From: Lama glama | Taxonomy: Eukaryota | Direction of reading: 5' to 3' | DNA length: 64,000 nt | Assembly (NCBI GenBank): GCA_028534125.1 | Contig: CM052818.1 | Span: 36,396,001 to 36,460,000, forward strand | Shown: positions 14,058 through 26,880 of the stretch, piece by piece | Layout of the letters: every line of letters begins with the position of its first letter | Position numbering within the stretch: position 1 is the first letter of the stretch | Made by a program: the position numbers and the translations under genes | The notes under the pieces: generated by a model | What the model was told of the DNA's origin: nothing | The model's database searches: none | What the model saw: only the letters and a program-made list of their open reading frames with translations

Positions 14058-15273
14058 GTAAGTGAAGTCAGCTAATATGAGAATGTCTTCTTTAGAATAT
14101 TTAATATGTTTAGTCTATAAATACAAACTGTTCATGACAAAGCATATTTTCTAATCAGTATGTTAAATTTAGGGTCAGTGGTCTAAATTTGTATGCTTAG
14201 ATATTTAATAGCAGTTTCACTGCTTAGATGGATGCTAAGATGACTAAGATGATTCACAAAACATTTATTGGGGTGGCTACTAGGCATATAATACCATGTT
14301 AAGTGCTCTTGAAAACCCTGGGTATAACATATGTATCACTAGATTAAAATTCAGGAAATAGAGCAAGCATAAAAAGTTAAATATCTGTGCAAGAAATCTC
14401 ACAAAACTGTATGTTATTTATTTTCATTGGTTGTAAATATGGTGCTAGAAGAATTCAGTAATAAATGAATGCTTTTAAAAGGCAGAGTAAGGTGGGTAAA
14501 CACCATGTAGGCTACTTTTACTCTTTATATATGACAGTAACTTTAAAAATATTTCTTAATACTCATAAAAATTAGTCTGGATGAAAATTCACTTTTAATT
14601 ATTTGAGCTACTAAAGAAAGTCATTCATATTTGGCAATGCAACTTATATTTCATTATATCTAAGGAAATCCACATAAAATTAAAAAAAATTCAACAAGCA
14701 TCTGTTGAGCAATCATTACTGATTTGATGTGTATCAAAGTCCTTTGTAACTGGTAAAGCATTTCAGGTATTATTTTTACTGTTAGAATTGAAAACTGCTG
14801 TGTTCTAGATAGTGGATCTAGTAAGAGGAATAAAGTAAAAATTTTACCATCGAGGTGCTCAGTGTTTATTGGGAAGTCAAACATATGCCGTCTTCATGCT
14901 TCAAGAGACTTTAATAAGAATTGGAAAATAATATAAAATAACATTGGTGGTTTAGGAAAGAGTTAGCTTGGGAATGCTGGCAAATTGTCCAGTGACTTAA
15001 TTTTAAATTTTTGACAGAGTTATACTTTTTGCCACTCATGCTGAGAGTATGAATGTCTCTTGGTTTCATTCAAAACCATAGCATAAATCATGCTGCTTTT
15101 AAAATCAGTATTTATTTCTGTTTCATAGTTTTCTTTGTGGATAAGAGTAGTTGGAATGTTTGCTTCCTTTAAAAAAAATACTACTGATCGTCATTAGTGT
15201 CTTTTTAAGTGAAAGGGTCTACATTTCCTGAATTAAGGACATGCTCTGTGTACCAAATGAAAGTAACGAGGTA

Positions 15274-15481
15274 CAATCAGCCCTCCATATCTGCTGGTTT
15301 CACATCCACAGATTCAGGCAACAATTTGATCTGTGGTTCCTTGAATCCACAGATGTGGAATTTGTGGATGTGGAGGGCCAACTGTATTATGCCATTTTAT
15401 ATACGGGACTTGAGCATCCTTGTATTTGGTATCTGCGTGGGGTGTTGGAATCAATCCCCCACGGATACCATGGGACGTTTG
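15274..15481 (-). mobile_element. MER2/MER2B-like Tigger-family MITE with TA target duplications
   Basis: TA at 15272-73 and 15482-83; reverse strand reads ...ggtatccgtgggggattgattcca...ggatgctcaagtcccgtatataaaatggc as in MER2; internal inverted repeat. Confidence 0.8.
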
Positions 15482-15668
15482 TACTGTATATTGACCAAGA
15501 GTTTGACCTATGGTGTCAGAAATATGTTAGTTCATCTGACTTTACTAGTAACTGTATAACTTTAAGTGAATGAAAGCATCTGATCCTTGTTTGCCTCTTC
15601 TGTAAAATGGGGGGAGTAATAACTATCTCACTGGACTACTGTGAGTTTTCACTGAAAGGAAGTATATA

Positions 15669-18600
15669 CAGTTGACCCTTGAACAGTGTGGGGATTAGGG
15701 GCACCAACCTCTGTGTAGTTGAAAATCTGTGTATAACTTTTGACTCCCCCTAAACTTAATTACGAATAGCCTACTGTTGACTGGAAGCCTTACCACTAAC
15801 GTAAACAGTTGGTGAACACATGCTTTGTATTATGTAGTATATACTGTATTCTTACAATGAGGTAAGCTAGAGAGAAGAAAATGTTAAGAAAATGATAAGG
15901 AAGAGAGTATACACTGAAAGTTTACGTTGCCTGATTACAAAATAAATTGTCTTTCAGCCTACATCAATATTGTCTTATATGGTACAGAACACTGTAGATG
16001 TTATACATATGACTAACACTAGGCATCAGAAATGAAAAGATAATATGAAAAAGACATTCACATTTATTTATAGGTATTGTGTATTGATAATGAAGAAGCA
16101 GCAGTATGACTACTTTACAGTAGCCTTGTGTAATTGATAAGATTGTTTCACAGTAGCCTAGCCTATACACTAGTGAATGAATTGTTATTAAATTTTTATG
16201 GTATACAATATTACAGTCATATTCTTAATACAGTATTGGAAACATTGCTGTATTAGGAAAAAACTCTTACCCGTGTTGATTTGCTGATATGCAGTTTCTC
16301 CAATTACAAGTGAGAGGGGCATGCTATATGGTAATGTAATTCTCTGAAAGCAAAGTTATAAAACTAAGAAAACTAACACATTTTTAATTTTTCTATTAAA
16401 TATCATTCACCTTATACATAGTAAGGATAGACTGTTTCAGTACAAGTCTTGCACTCATTCTACATAATGATTACTTAAGTGATGATATGACACAAAAATA
16501 CATCACACAGTTTTAGCTGTACAGTTATTAGATTTTTCACATGGTGACACAAGTACATAATAGATAAATTTAACTGTACAGCATGATGATTGTTCACTAT
16601 TCATTAAATGGAAGTGGGTCATCATAAAGGTCTTCATCTTCATTGTCTTCATGTTGACTAAGCTAAGAAGGAGGAGAAAGAGGACAGTTTGGAAATGCTA
16701 TCTCAGGGGTGGCAGAGGCTAAAGAGGTGGAGGAGTTGGAAGGGGAGGCAGGATAGGCAAGCACCTTGCTTTAACTTTGTGGAAATACATGTAATTTCTG
16801 CCTAACTTTTTTGCTTTTTCATTTTTCTAAAAATGTTTCTATATGGTGCCAATCCTTTTCCCACGGTTTGCTTTAGTTTCAGTGCCTGTATCATTGAAGG
16901 GTCCATGTTGTAAAAGAAGTCAGAAGCAGTCTTGAATAGTCAGAGACCTGCTGCTAGGTTGTCTAAAGTTAGTTTGTTTTCTGGCACTGCTTCTTCTATG
17001 TCTTCTTTCTCATTTCCTGGCACAGGTTTGGAGGCATTCATATCCATTAGTTCATCTTCTGTTAATGTCTCTTAGCTCTTGAATTCCTCCAAGATTCATA
17101 TCTTGAAACCCATCACCCCCCACCTTTGTTGCCACATCTACAATCTCTTTCATGATTCCCTTTATTGACTGTCGTAAATCCTGTGTATACAGAACATCTC
17201 CAGTTTTCTCCAGCAGGGATTTATTGTTTTGGGCTTGATGGCTTTCACGGCTTTTTCTCTAACAATGATGACGTCGTCAGTGATGTAATCCTTCCACACA
17301 TTCATGATGTTCTCTCTATTGGGGTTCTCTTCCATAGTGTTCACAATTCTTTCAATAGAGTGTTGTGTATAATGAGACTTAAAGATCCTTATGACCCTTG
17401 ATTGAGAGGCTGAATTAGAGATGTTGTATTTAGGGGCAAGTAGGTCACTTCGACACCTTTGGTATTGAACTCATGGGGTTCTGGGTAGCCAGGGGCATTG
17501 TCCAATATCAAGAGAACTTTAAAAATCAGTCTCTTACTGGAAAGGTGCTTCCTGACTTCAGGGACAAAGCATCGATGGAACCAGCCCAAAAAAGGGTTCT
17601 CATTATTCAGGCCTTCTTCTTGTACAACCAAAAGACTGGCAGCTGGTGTTTACCTTTTCCCTTCGCATCTGGGGGTTAGCAGCTTAATAGATAAAGGTAG
17701 TCCTGATCGTGACTGTGACTGCATTTGCACAGAACACTGGAGTTACTAGCCTATCCCTTCCAGCCTTAAATCCTGGTGCTCACCTGTCTTTCTTGCTAAT
17801 AAGTGTCCTTTGTGGCTTTTTTTTTTTTTTCTCAGAATAGAGCTGGGGTACTGTCATCTACATTAAAAACCTGTTTAGCTCTTAACCAAAGTGGGTATAG
17901 AGGGAACATATCTCAACATAATAAAAGCTATTTATGACAAACCCACAGCCCACATAATACTCAGCAGTGAAAAGTTGAAAGCCTTACCACTAAAATCTGG
18001 AACAAGACAAGGATGCCCACTCTCACCACTTCTATTCAACACAGTATTGGAAGTCCTAGCCATTGCAATCAGACAAGGAAGAGAAATAAAAGGCATCTAA
18101 ATTGGAAGAGAAGAGGTAAAATTGTCACTGTATGCAGATGACATGATACTCTATCAAAAACCCTAAAGGCTCCACACAGAAACCACTAGAGCTGATAAAA
18201 GAATTTGGCAAGGTAGCAGGATACAAGATTAATAGAGAAATTAGTTGATTTCTTTACACTAACAATGAAATATCAGAAAAGGAAAGTAAAGAAACAACCC
18301 CTTTTAAAATTGCATTCAAAAAAATAAAACACTTAGCAATAAATCTGACCAAGGAGGTGAAAGACTTATACACAGAGAACTACAAAACATTGATTAAAGA
18401 AATTAAAGATGACTTAAAGAAATGGAAAGATATCCTGTGCTGTTGGATTGGAAGAATTAATATTGTTAAAATGGCCATACTGCCCAAAGCAATATACGGA
18501 TTTAATGCAACCCCTAACAAATTACCTATGACATTGTTCACAGAACTAGAACAAATAATCCTGAAGTTTGTATGGAATTACAACAGACCTAGAATTGCCA

Positions 18601-19992
18601 AAACAATACTGAAGGAAAAGAATGAAGCTGGAGGAATAATCCTCCCAGATTTCAGACAATACTACAGAGCTACAGTAATCAAAACAGCATGTTGTTGGCA
18701 CAAAAACAGACATATGGATCAGAGGAACAGAATAGAGAGCCCAGAAATAAGCCCACAGACTTATGATCAGTTAATCTTTGACAAAGGAGGTAAGAATAAT
18801 AGAGACAAGACAGTCTCTTCCGCAAGCGGTGTTGGGAAAACCAGATAGCCACATATAAATCAATGAAGTTAGAACACTCCCTCATGCCATACACAAAAAG
18901 AAACTCAAAATAGCTTAAAGACTTAAACATAGACAAGACACTGTAAACTTCCTAGAAGAAAACATTTTCTGATATAAGTCTTAGGAATATTCTCCTAGGG
19001 TGGTCTACACAGGCAATAGAAATAAAAGCAAAAATAAGCAAATGGGACCTAATTAAACTTAAAAGCTTTTTCACAGCAAAGGAAACCATAAGCAAAACAA
19101 AAAGACAACCTACAGAATGGGAGAAAATATTTACAAACAATGCAACTGACAAGGGCTTAATTTCCAGTATATATAAACAGCTCGTATAACTTAATAACAA
19201 CAAAACAAAACAAAACAACCCAATCTAAAAATGGGCAGAAGACCAAAACAAACAATTCTCCAGTGAAGACATACAGATGGCCAATAGGCACATGAAAAAA
19301 TGCTCAATATCACTAATTATCAGAAAAATGCAAATCAGAACTACAATCAAAGCTATACCGGTTGGAATGGCCATTATTAAAAAGTCCACAAACGATAAAT
19401 GCTGGAGAGAGTGTGGAGAAAAGGGAACTTGTATTGCAGTAAACAGGAAGAGAAACACAGAAGATCTGGGAGAGATCACTTTTTACTGCGATATGTATTG
19501 TAATTTACTAGAGAGATGAACTGCTCATGAGGAGGTTAGATTAGCATCACATAGCATTTAGAGCAGATAGTCCCAACACTTGAGCTCAGTGCTATAGTAA
19601 TAGGAGGTGGCTAAGAAATTATTATAGTAGTACGGTATGTACTGTGGTTAATTTTATACAGTTATTATTTAGTCCTGCATCTTTGTACATTTCTCTGGAC
19701 TGCAAATGGTGCCATGTACAATGTTTATCACGTAAGTTTTGATAGATTTTTAACTTTTTATAACTTATGTATATTTTATGGTAGTAAATGATAGCTTAGT
19801 ATCTACATATATTTTGTGCATCCGTCACATACTTTGTGCTTAAATTTTTCAGTATTTCTGGGCTGTATAATTTGTCTGTGCATCTTTTCAAATTGTCATA
19901 AATCTCCCCCAATTTATTCCTATGTATTTTTTTGAAAAAAAATACATGTATAAGTAGACTCTCAAAGTTCAAACTCGTTCAGAGGTCAACTG
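15669..19992 (-). mobile_element. Tigger2-family (pogo/TcMar) DNA transposon, both TIRs present, dead DDE_1-type transposase, interrupted by L1
   Basis: TA|cagttgacccttgaac ... gttcagaggtcaactg|TA; ORF-track 17389..17631 (FKVLLILDNAPGYP..LPLNTTSLIQPLNQG) and 17162..17344 are pogo transposase fragments. Confidence 0.92.
17879..19428 (+). mobile_element. L1 ORF2 internal fragment (RT to C-terminal region), truncated at both ends, disrupted
   Basis: [33 protein letters not shown]; tatgcagatgacatg = YADDM; ORF-track 18357..18848 and 19277..; stops abruptly at ...aagggaac with no 3'UTR or polyA. Confidence 0.95.
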
Positions 19993-20035
19993 TAAAGTGC
20001 TTATCACAATAACTGGCATTAAAAATACTGTACTT

Positions 20036-20188
20036 GGAGAGGATATAGTCAAGTGGTAGAGTTCATGCTTAGCAAACACAAGGTCCTGGGTTCAATCCCC
20101 AGTACCTCGTCTAAAAATAAATGCATAAGTAAACCTAATCACCTCCCCCAACAAAAAATAAAGTAAAATTATTAAAAAAAAACTTATC
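20036..20188 (+). mobile_element. tRNA-derived SINE (vic-1-like) with A-rich tail and 15-bp TSD
   Basis: A box tagtcaagtgg, B box gggttcaatccc; TSD aaaaatactgtactt (20021-35) / aaaaatactatgctt (20189-203). Confidence 0.9.
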
Positions 20189-20439
20189 AAAAATACTATG
20201 CTTGCTTCTTGCAATTGTGTGAGGCTATAGTTCTAAAATAGAGCTGTGTGTTTCATTTATGTAAAAGTAATAGCCAACTCTTTACTCTTCTTGTCTTACA
20301 TAATTCTAGTCTGACAAAGTTCTTTTCTGAAACATAAGGTTTGTGGTTGATCTGTCTTTCAGTTAAAATTATTAGAGAATACTAGAAAGGTTAATGAATA
20401 TCATAGCAGTCAGAGAGAAAGGAAAAATCTGTACCCTTT

Positions 20440-20594
20440 TTTTTTTTAGGTTTATTTATTTATTTATTTTGTTTTGTGGGGGAGGGATGTACTTAGGTTT
20501 ATTTATTTACTTTTTAGAGGAGGTACTAGGGGTTGAACCCAGGACCTCATGCATGCTAAGCGTGTGCTCTACCACTTTGAGCTATATCCTCTGC
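20440..20594 (-). mobile_element. tRNA-derived SINE (vic-1-like) with perfect 11-bp TSD
   Basis: TSD ctgtacccttt at 20429-39 and 20595-605; reverse complement of the 20036 family. Confidence 0.92.
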
Positions 20595-20719
20595 CTGTAC
20601 CCTTTCTTTAATAAGCTGACCTGCCTGTGAACCAAGAATTTGCTATAAGTAATTCTGAAACAAAAGTCAACTATTAATTTGAGTAATTTGAGTAACAGAG
20701 TTTTCATTTGTAATCATTT

Positions 20720-21790
20720 CAGTTAAATTAAGTTTCTGCTTAGATCTAAGATTTAAGTGAGAAAAGTATTACTGTAAAAGTACCAGAAGAAAACTATGAA
20801 GAAATTTGTTTCAAATCAGAGTAGGGAGAGTGTTGACTATGGATGAAATGATCCACTGTATAAGATCTTTTTCTAGATTCTGCATGGCAACAAAATAATG
20901 GTAAGCAAAACCAAAAGATAAGTGAGATCCCCTGCAGAAAAAGATTTGTGTTTCCTTTCACAGAGTCTAACTTTTAAATAAATAGCTCCTAGAAATCAGT
21001 AAGCAGAAGATCAATGATCCAATGGAAAATTGTCAAACTTACATAGAAAAAGCAATATAAATGGCTCTTTAAGGTATTAAAAATATTCACCTTCACTGAT
21101 AATAGAAGTAAAAATTAGAATGAAAATGAGATAACATCCTTTACCCTAAAAAATTAGTCAAGAACAAGAAATTTGGTAATACATTGTTGGTGAGCACTAA
21201 AATATTTCTGGTGAGAAGGCTAAACTGGTACATCAATGGAAGGCAGTTTGCAGATAACCTAAATTAGAAATGACACATGCGTTTTGAACCAGTAGTTTCA
21301 CTTTAAACTTTTAAAATTTTGATATGTTTATACTCATGTACACAAATATTTATTCTAGCATTGTAGATAATAGGAAGATATTGAAAGCTTAAATATCCAT
21401 GCATAGGGGAGTCTTTTTTAATTATGGCATGTACATACAGTGGGGCATTTTGTAGCTATTAAAAAAGAATGAAGCAGCTCTTTATATACTTACATGGAAG
21501 CTAATTAAAATATCTTGTTACATAAAATAGGCTGTGATGAAAGCAATGTGTATAGTGTGTTCAAATGTATTAAATAAAGTAGTGTATTTAAAAAATACAT
21601 TTTTTTGTATGTGTATAAATGATATATGGAAGAACAAACTGAAAACAGTAATCGCCTACTGGGAGAGGATCTTGTGGTTGGTTGGAGACTAGGGTAGTAA
21701 GGAGCCTTTCTTATTATTGTTTAATCTTTCTTACCTGCTGTATGTTGTACCATTTGGTTATATTACCTATTAGAAAAACAGAGTAATTAA
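20720..21790 (+). mobile_element. Ancient L1 3' region (L1ME-like), sense, ending just upstream of exon 21840
   Basis: degraded ORF2 C-terminal/3'UTR motifs (gtagctattaaaaaagaatgaagcagctctttatatact). Confidence 0.7.
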
Positions 21791-21839
21791 ATTAGAAATG
21801 AAAACTAATATAATAATGTTTGTTTTCTTTTTATACTAG

Positions 21840-21928
21840 GCATATTTGATGAGACCATCTATAATATTTTTTGATGAGATAGATGGATTAGCGCCAGTTC
21901 GCTCTAGCAGACAAGATCAGATCCACAG
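21840..21928 (+). CDS. ATAD2B: ATAD2B coding exon (89 nt): AYLMRPSIIFFDEIDGLAPVRSSRQDQIH(S), Walker B
   Basis: ttatactag| acceptor, AG|gtaatt donor; phase 0-2; hhhhDE Walker B. Confidence 0.97.
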
Positions 21929-22058
21929 GTAATTTTTCCTAATCTGATTATGTTGAATTCTTTTCATTTGTTGACATAGTATTTAGATTTAACCCTTGGA
22001 TAAGTGCTATGAGGCTTAAAAGATACGATCTGTGTTCTTGAGGAAGACTTCTTTAGCA

Positions 22059-22284
22059 CAGGAGTCAGCAAACCACAACCTATGGGCCAAATCTAAACTC
22101 ACTGCTTTTGTAAATGAAGTTTTATTGGAACACAGCCACTCTCATTCCTTTTTGCATTATATATGGCTGCTTTTGCATTACAAGAGCAGAGTTAAAGGAG
22201 AAGTTGTGAGAGAAAAATCATATGGCTTGCAAAACCTAACACATTTACTTTCTAGCCCTTTACAGAAAAAGTTGCCTAATTCTG
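22059..22284 (+). mobile_element. MER58A-like hAT-Charlie MITE
   Basis: caggagtcagcaaac ... gttgcctaattctg termini; ttttgtaaatgaagttttattggaacacagccac core. Confidence 0.85.
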
Positions 22285-24393
22285 ACTTAGAATAATGTTT
22301 TTGAGATTTATCCATCACGTATACTAATATCTTGTTCTTTTTTATTTTTGAGTAGTATTCCTTGGGCTCTGTGTGTGTCTGTGTCTGTGTGTATATGTAC
22401 CACAATTGTTAATTCACCTGATAGATGAATTAGGTTGCTTCTATTTTTGGCTTTTATGATAATACTACTGTGAACATTTACATATACATTTTCATGTGCG
22501 TATATCTTTTCATTTCTGTTGAGTAAATAACTAAGAGAGGAATGGCTGGATCCTATGGTAAATGTATGTTTAAGTTGATACTGTTTCCCAAAGTGGTTTA
22601 CCATTTTATGTTTTTCCCTGTAATGTATGAGGATTTGGGCTGGTATTTTTATTCTGTTTACTTTTCTCCATTCTAGTCAGTATGTAGTAGGGGATTAATC
22701 TGCATTTTCCCAATGACTAACAATATTGAGCTTCTTAGCATGTGCTTATTGCCCATTTATATATTTTCTTTTGTGAAATGTCTCTTAAAATATTTTATTC
22801 CCTTTTAAAAAAAGTCATATTGTATGTCTTACTGTGTTATAAATTTTTTTTTATATACTCAAAACTTAAGTAAGCCCTCATCAGATCTATGTTTTGAAAA
22901 GTTTTCAACTAGTTTGGCTTGTCTTTTTGCTTGTTTAACTATGACTTTTTGAAAAACAAAAGGTTTTAATCTTGATGAAGCCCATGATATAAAAATTTTT
23001 TATGTGTATTTTTTTTTGTGTGTCTTGAGAATAATTGCTTAAACCAGATTATCAACAGTTTTATATTTTCTTCTGTTATTAGTAGTTTTAGCTCTTAAAT
23101 TTTGGTCAGTGATTGATTTTAAGTTAACATACATATGTCAGTATAAAGTAAGGGCTTGAGTTAATTTTTGTAGATGGCTCAAGGTATACACTGCAGTTTA
23201 TTTTTTCCATTTTTTTCTCCAGTTGTTTCAGGACTGTTAATGGAAAAGAATACCTTGTCTTTGTAGAATTACTTGACATCTTTGTCAGAAATTGGCCATC
23301 AAGTTGTCTGTTCCTAAACTTGTTACTTGGTTTCACTGATCTTTAGGTTTATCCTTACACCACTGCCTTGATTATTTAATAGCTTTGTATTGAGTCTAAT
23401 TAGTGTGACCTCTCCAATCTTGTTTTTAAAAATTTTTTTAAAAAACTTCTTTAAAGAGCAGTTTTAAATTCACAACAAAATTGAGAGGAAGGTACAGAAA
23501 TTTTCTCTTTACTCTGTGCCCGCACATGTACATTGCCTCCCTCATTATCAGCATCTTTTATCAGAGGGTACATTTGTTGAAGAACCTGACCTATCATAAT
23601 CACACAAAGACCATAGTTACTCTTGGTGTTGTGCACTTTATGAATTTGGGCAAATGTATAATGACATGTATTTATCATTATAGTACTATACAGAGTATTT
23701 TCACCATCCTAAAAATCCTCTATGCTCTATCTGCTTATCCCTCCTTTCCCTCACCATCCTACCCACTCAGCCCTTGGCACTACTGATTGTTTTACTATCT
23801 ACATAGTTTTGTCCTTTCCAGAATGCTGTGTAGTTGTAATCATCCTGTATGTACTCTTTTAGGTTGGCTTCTTTCACTTAGCAATATACATTTAAGGTCT
23901 CTCCATGACTTTTGTTAGCTTTTATTTTTATTTTTCCCTCTTTGCTTTGGGTTTAGTTTTTTCTTTTTCCAGATTATTAAGATGGAATTTTAGATTTTGA
24001 TTGAAACTTTTTTCTTTTCTAATATAGGCACTGAAAGCTCTAAGTTTACTTTTAAGTACTACTTTAGCTTCATTCCTGTTTTTGACCTCTTCTATATTTA
24101 TTATCACACAGTTCAAAGTGATTTCCAATTCCTCTCGTATTTCTTCTTTGACACAATGATTATTTAGAAGTGTGTTGTTTAATTTACAAATTTTATTTTT
24201 TCCTGATTATTATTTACTTATAATTTAATTTTTTGTTAAGATATAATTTACATAAAACATTATATTAGTTTCTCTAATATTATTGTCATCAGAGACCATA
24301 ACTGTTACAGTCATTTTAAATTCACTGCTGTTTCCTTTACGTCCCAGGTATTGTCTGTCTTATGAATTTGTATTCTTCTGTTTGTGGTATAGT

Positions 24394-24397
<4 letters not shown>

Positions 24398-24448
<51 letters not shown>
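24398..24448. repeat. (TA)25 microsatellite
   Basis: read directly from the sequence. Confidence 0.97.
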
Positions 24449-24450
<2 letters not shown>

Positions 24451-26409
24451 AGTAAGACAAGGTTGTAATAATGTTATGCAGGATCTTTTGTGTTTTTCCT
24501 GATTTTTTTTGTCTCGTTATTTTATGAGTGGCAGAGAGATGTGTTAAAATGTCCAACTATGATTGTAGAATTGTTTCTTTAGTTCTACTGGTTTTTGTTT
24601 CATTTATTTTGAAGTTTTGTATTGGGTGCATACACATGTATTATTGTATGTCTTTATTTTGAAGTTCCCTTCTTATTATGAAATGTACCCCTTTATCTTT
24701 TTTTAATACATTTTATTTTGAAATCTATGTTCATTAGATAATAATTAAGCTAATCCAGACTTCTGATGTTTTTTGCTTGTCACATTTTTTTCTCTTAATT
24801 TATTACTATCTACCTTTTAGTGTCTTTATATTTAGTGTTTCCCTTATAGATAATATATAGTTGGGTCTTATTTTCTTAATCTGACAATCTCTTCAGTTTA
24901 ATTTGATTATTTAATGTATTACTTTTTATGTAATTATGGACATGGATGAGTTGGGCATTACCATTTCATGTTTTCTATTTGTCTGTTTTATGTTTCTCAT
25001 TTATTGCTTTTCTAAAAAGAATTTTTGAAGGCCTTTTAGAATCTCCTTTTTATTTTACTATTGAGTTTTTTAAAGCTGCTTTATTGAGGTATAATTGATA
25101 CACAATATATACTACATAAAAGCATTATACTACATAAAGCATTTAAGCATTGACATACTTAGAGTACACTTGGTAATTTTTAACGTATGTATATTCCTGT
25201 GAAATTGTAACTATAGTGAAGATAATGAATATACCCATTTCCACCAAAATAGGCATTTACAGTTAATGTGACTATAGATATATTTAGGTTTAAGTTTATC
25301 ATCTTTATGATGGCTATCTATTTGTCCATCTGTTTCCTGTTCCATTTTTTCTTGTTCTTCCTTCTTTTGGATTACTTGAATATTTTTATGACTTCATTAT
25401 ATTTCTTTTGTTAGCTTATTAGTTATGACTGTTTTATTACTTTCATGGTAGTTTTAAGGTTTATAGTGTATGTCTTTAACTTCGTACCATCTACCTTCGA
25501 GTATCTACCACTTCACATGTAGTGGAAAACCTTAAAATAGTGCACTTGCCCTGTTTCTTCTCTTGAGTTTTGTTATCTTATTGTCATACATGTTTTTTAT
25601 ACCATACAGTCTTTTAAAGAGATTTAAATGATGATGATAATAATATCTTAAAGAATTACTCATGTAGTTATCATTTCTGATTTTCTTTATTTTTTCATGG
25701 ATATCTGTATTTCTATGTGCTATAATTTTCTTTCTGCCTGTATTTCTTATAGTAGGTCCAAGGTCCACAGGGCATAAATTCTTTCATGTTTCCATATCAG
25801 TAAAAGCCTTTATTTAACCTTTAAAATTTATTTTATTGAGTTGTGTATTGTAACATTCATCCATTTCCAGTGTAAAAGTCAATGATTTTTAAAATAACTA
25901 TCCTGAATGGTGCAAACATTAGAATAAATCAGTTTTAGTACCTTTTCCTTCCCCCTATAATAGCCATCATGTGTTTTTGCAGTAAATCCTTGTTACTGCA
26001 CCCCCCACCTCCTTTTCCCCAGCCAACTAGTAATCTACCAGTAATCTGTCTCTACAAACTTGTCTTTTCTGGACATTTCATATAAATGGGATCATATAGT
26101 ATGTGATCTCGTGTGTCTGGTTTCTTTGACTAAGTATGATGGTTTTGAGGAACATCTATGATTTAGCACATGTCAGTAAATACATCCTTTTTATTGCTGA
26201 ATAGTGTTAATTATATGGTATACTACACATTAGGTACATCTGGTTGTTTCCAGTTTGAACTATTATGAATGATGGTGCTATGAATATTCATGTGCACATC
26301 TTTCTGTGGACATATATTTTCATTTCTTTTGGGTAGATACCTAGAAGTAGAATTTCTAGGCTGTGTACTAGTTTTATGTTTAACTTTTTGAGACGCTTAG
26401 CCTGTGTTT

Positions 26410-26849
26410 TTTCTTTTTTTATTGAAGTATAGTTGATTTACAATATTATATTAGTTTCAAGTTGTGCAACATAGTAATTTGGTATTTTTATAACCTATAC
26501 TCCATTAAAATTATTATAAAATATTGATTATATCCTCTGTGCTGTATATTATATCCTTGTATCTTATTTATTTTATACCTAGTAGTTTGTACCTCTTAAT
26601 CCCCTTCCACTGTCTTGCCCCTCTCTTCACTGGTAACCTCTAGTTTGTTCTCTATGAATCTGTTTCTATTTTGTTATATTTGTTTTGGGTTTTTGGATTC
26701 CACATAGAAGTGAAAACATACAGCATTTGTCTTTCTCTGTCTGACTTACTTCATTAATCATAATATTCTCCAGGTCTGTCCTTGTTGTTGCAGGTGGTAA
26801 AATTTCACTCTTTTTTATGACTGTATGTGTATGTATATATGTGTGTATT

Positions 26850-26880
<31 letters not shown>

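Larger units (their letters stand above)
15500..20020 (+). mobile_element. MIR SINE split by a Tigger2 insertion (pieces ~15500-15668 and ~19993-20020)
   Basis: MIR core ttctgtaaaatggggggagtaataac on the left; continuation taaagtgcttatcacaataactggca right after the Tigger TIR. Confidence 0.75.

Noticed and set aside
17162..17749. Domesticated TIGD/CENP-B-like transposase gene
   Set aside because: Fragmented frames, poly-T expansion near 17817-30, missing N-terminus, and TIR/TA context mark it as a dead Tigger2
18357..18848. Longest ORF in the track (163 aa) as a novel gene
   Set aside because: It is an L1 ORF2 fragment; adjacent parts carry stops and frameshifts
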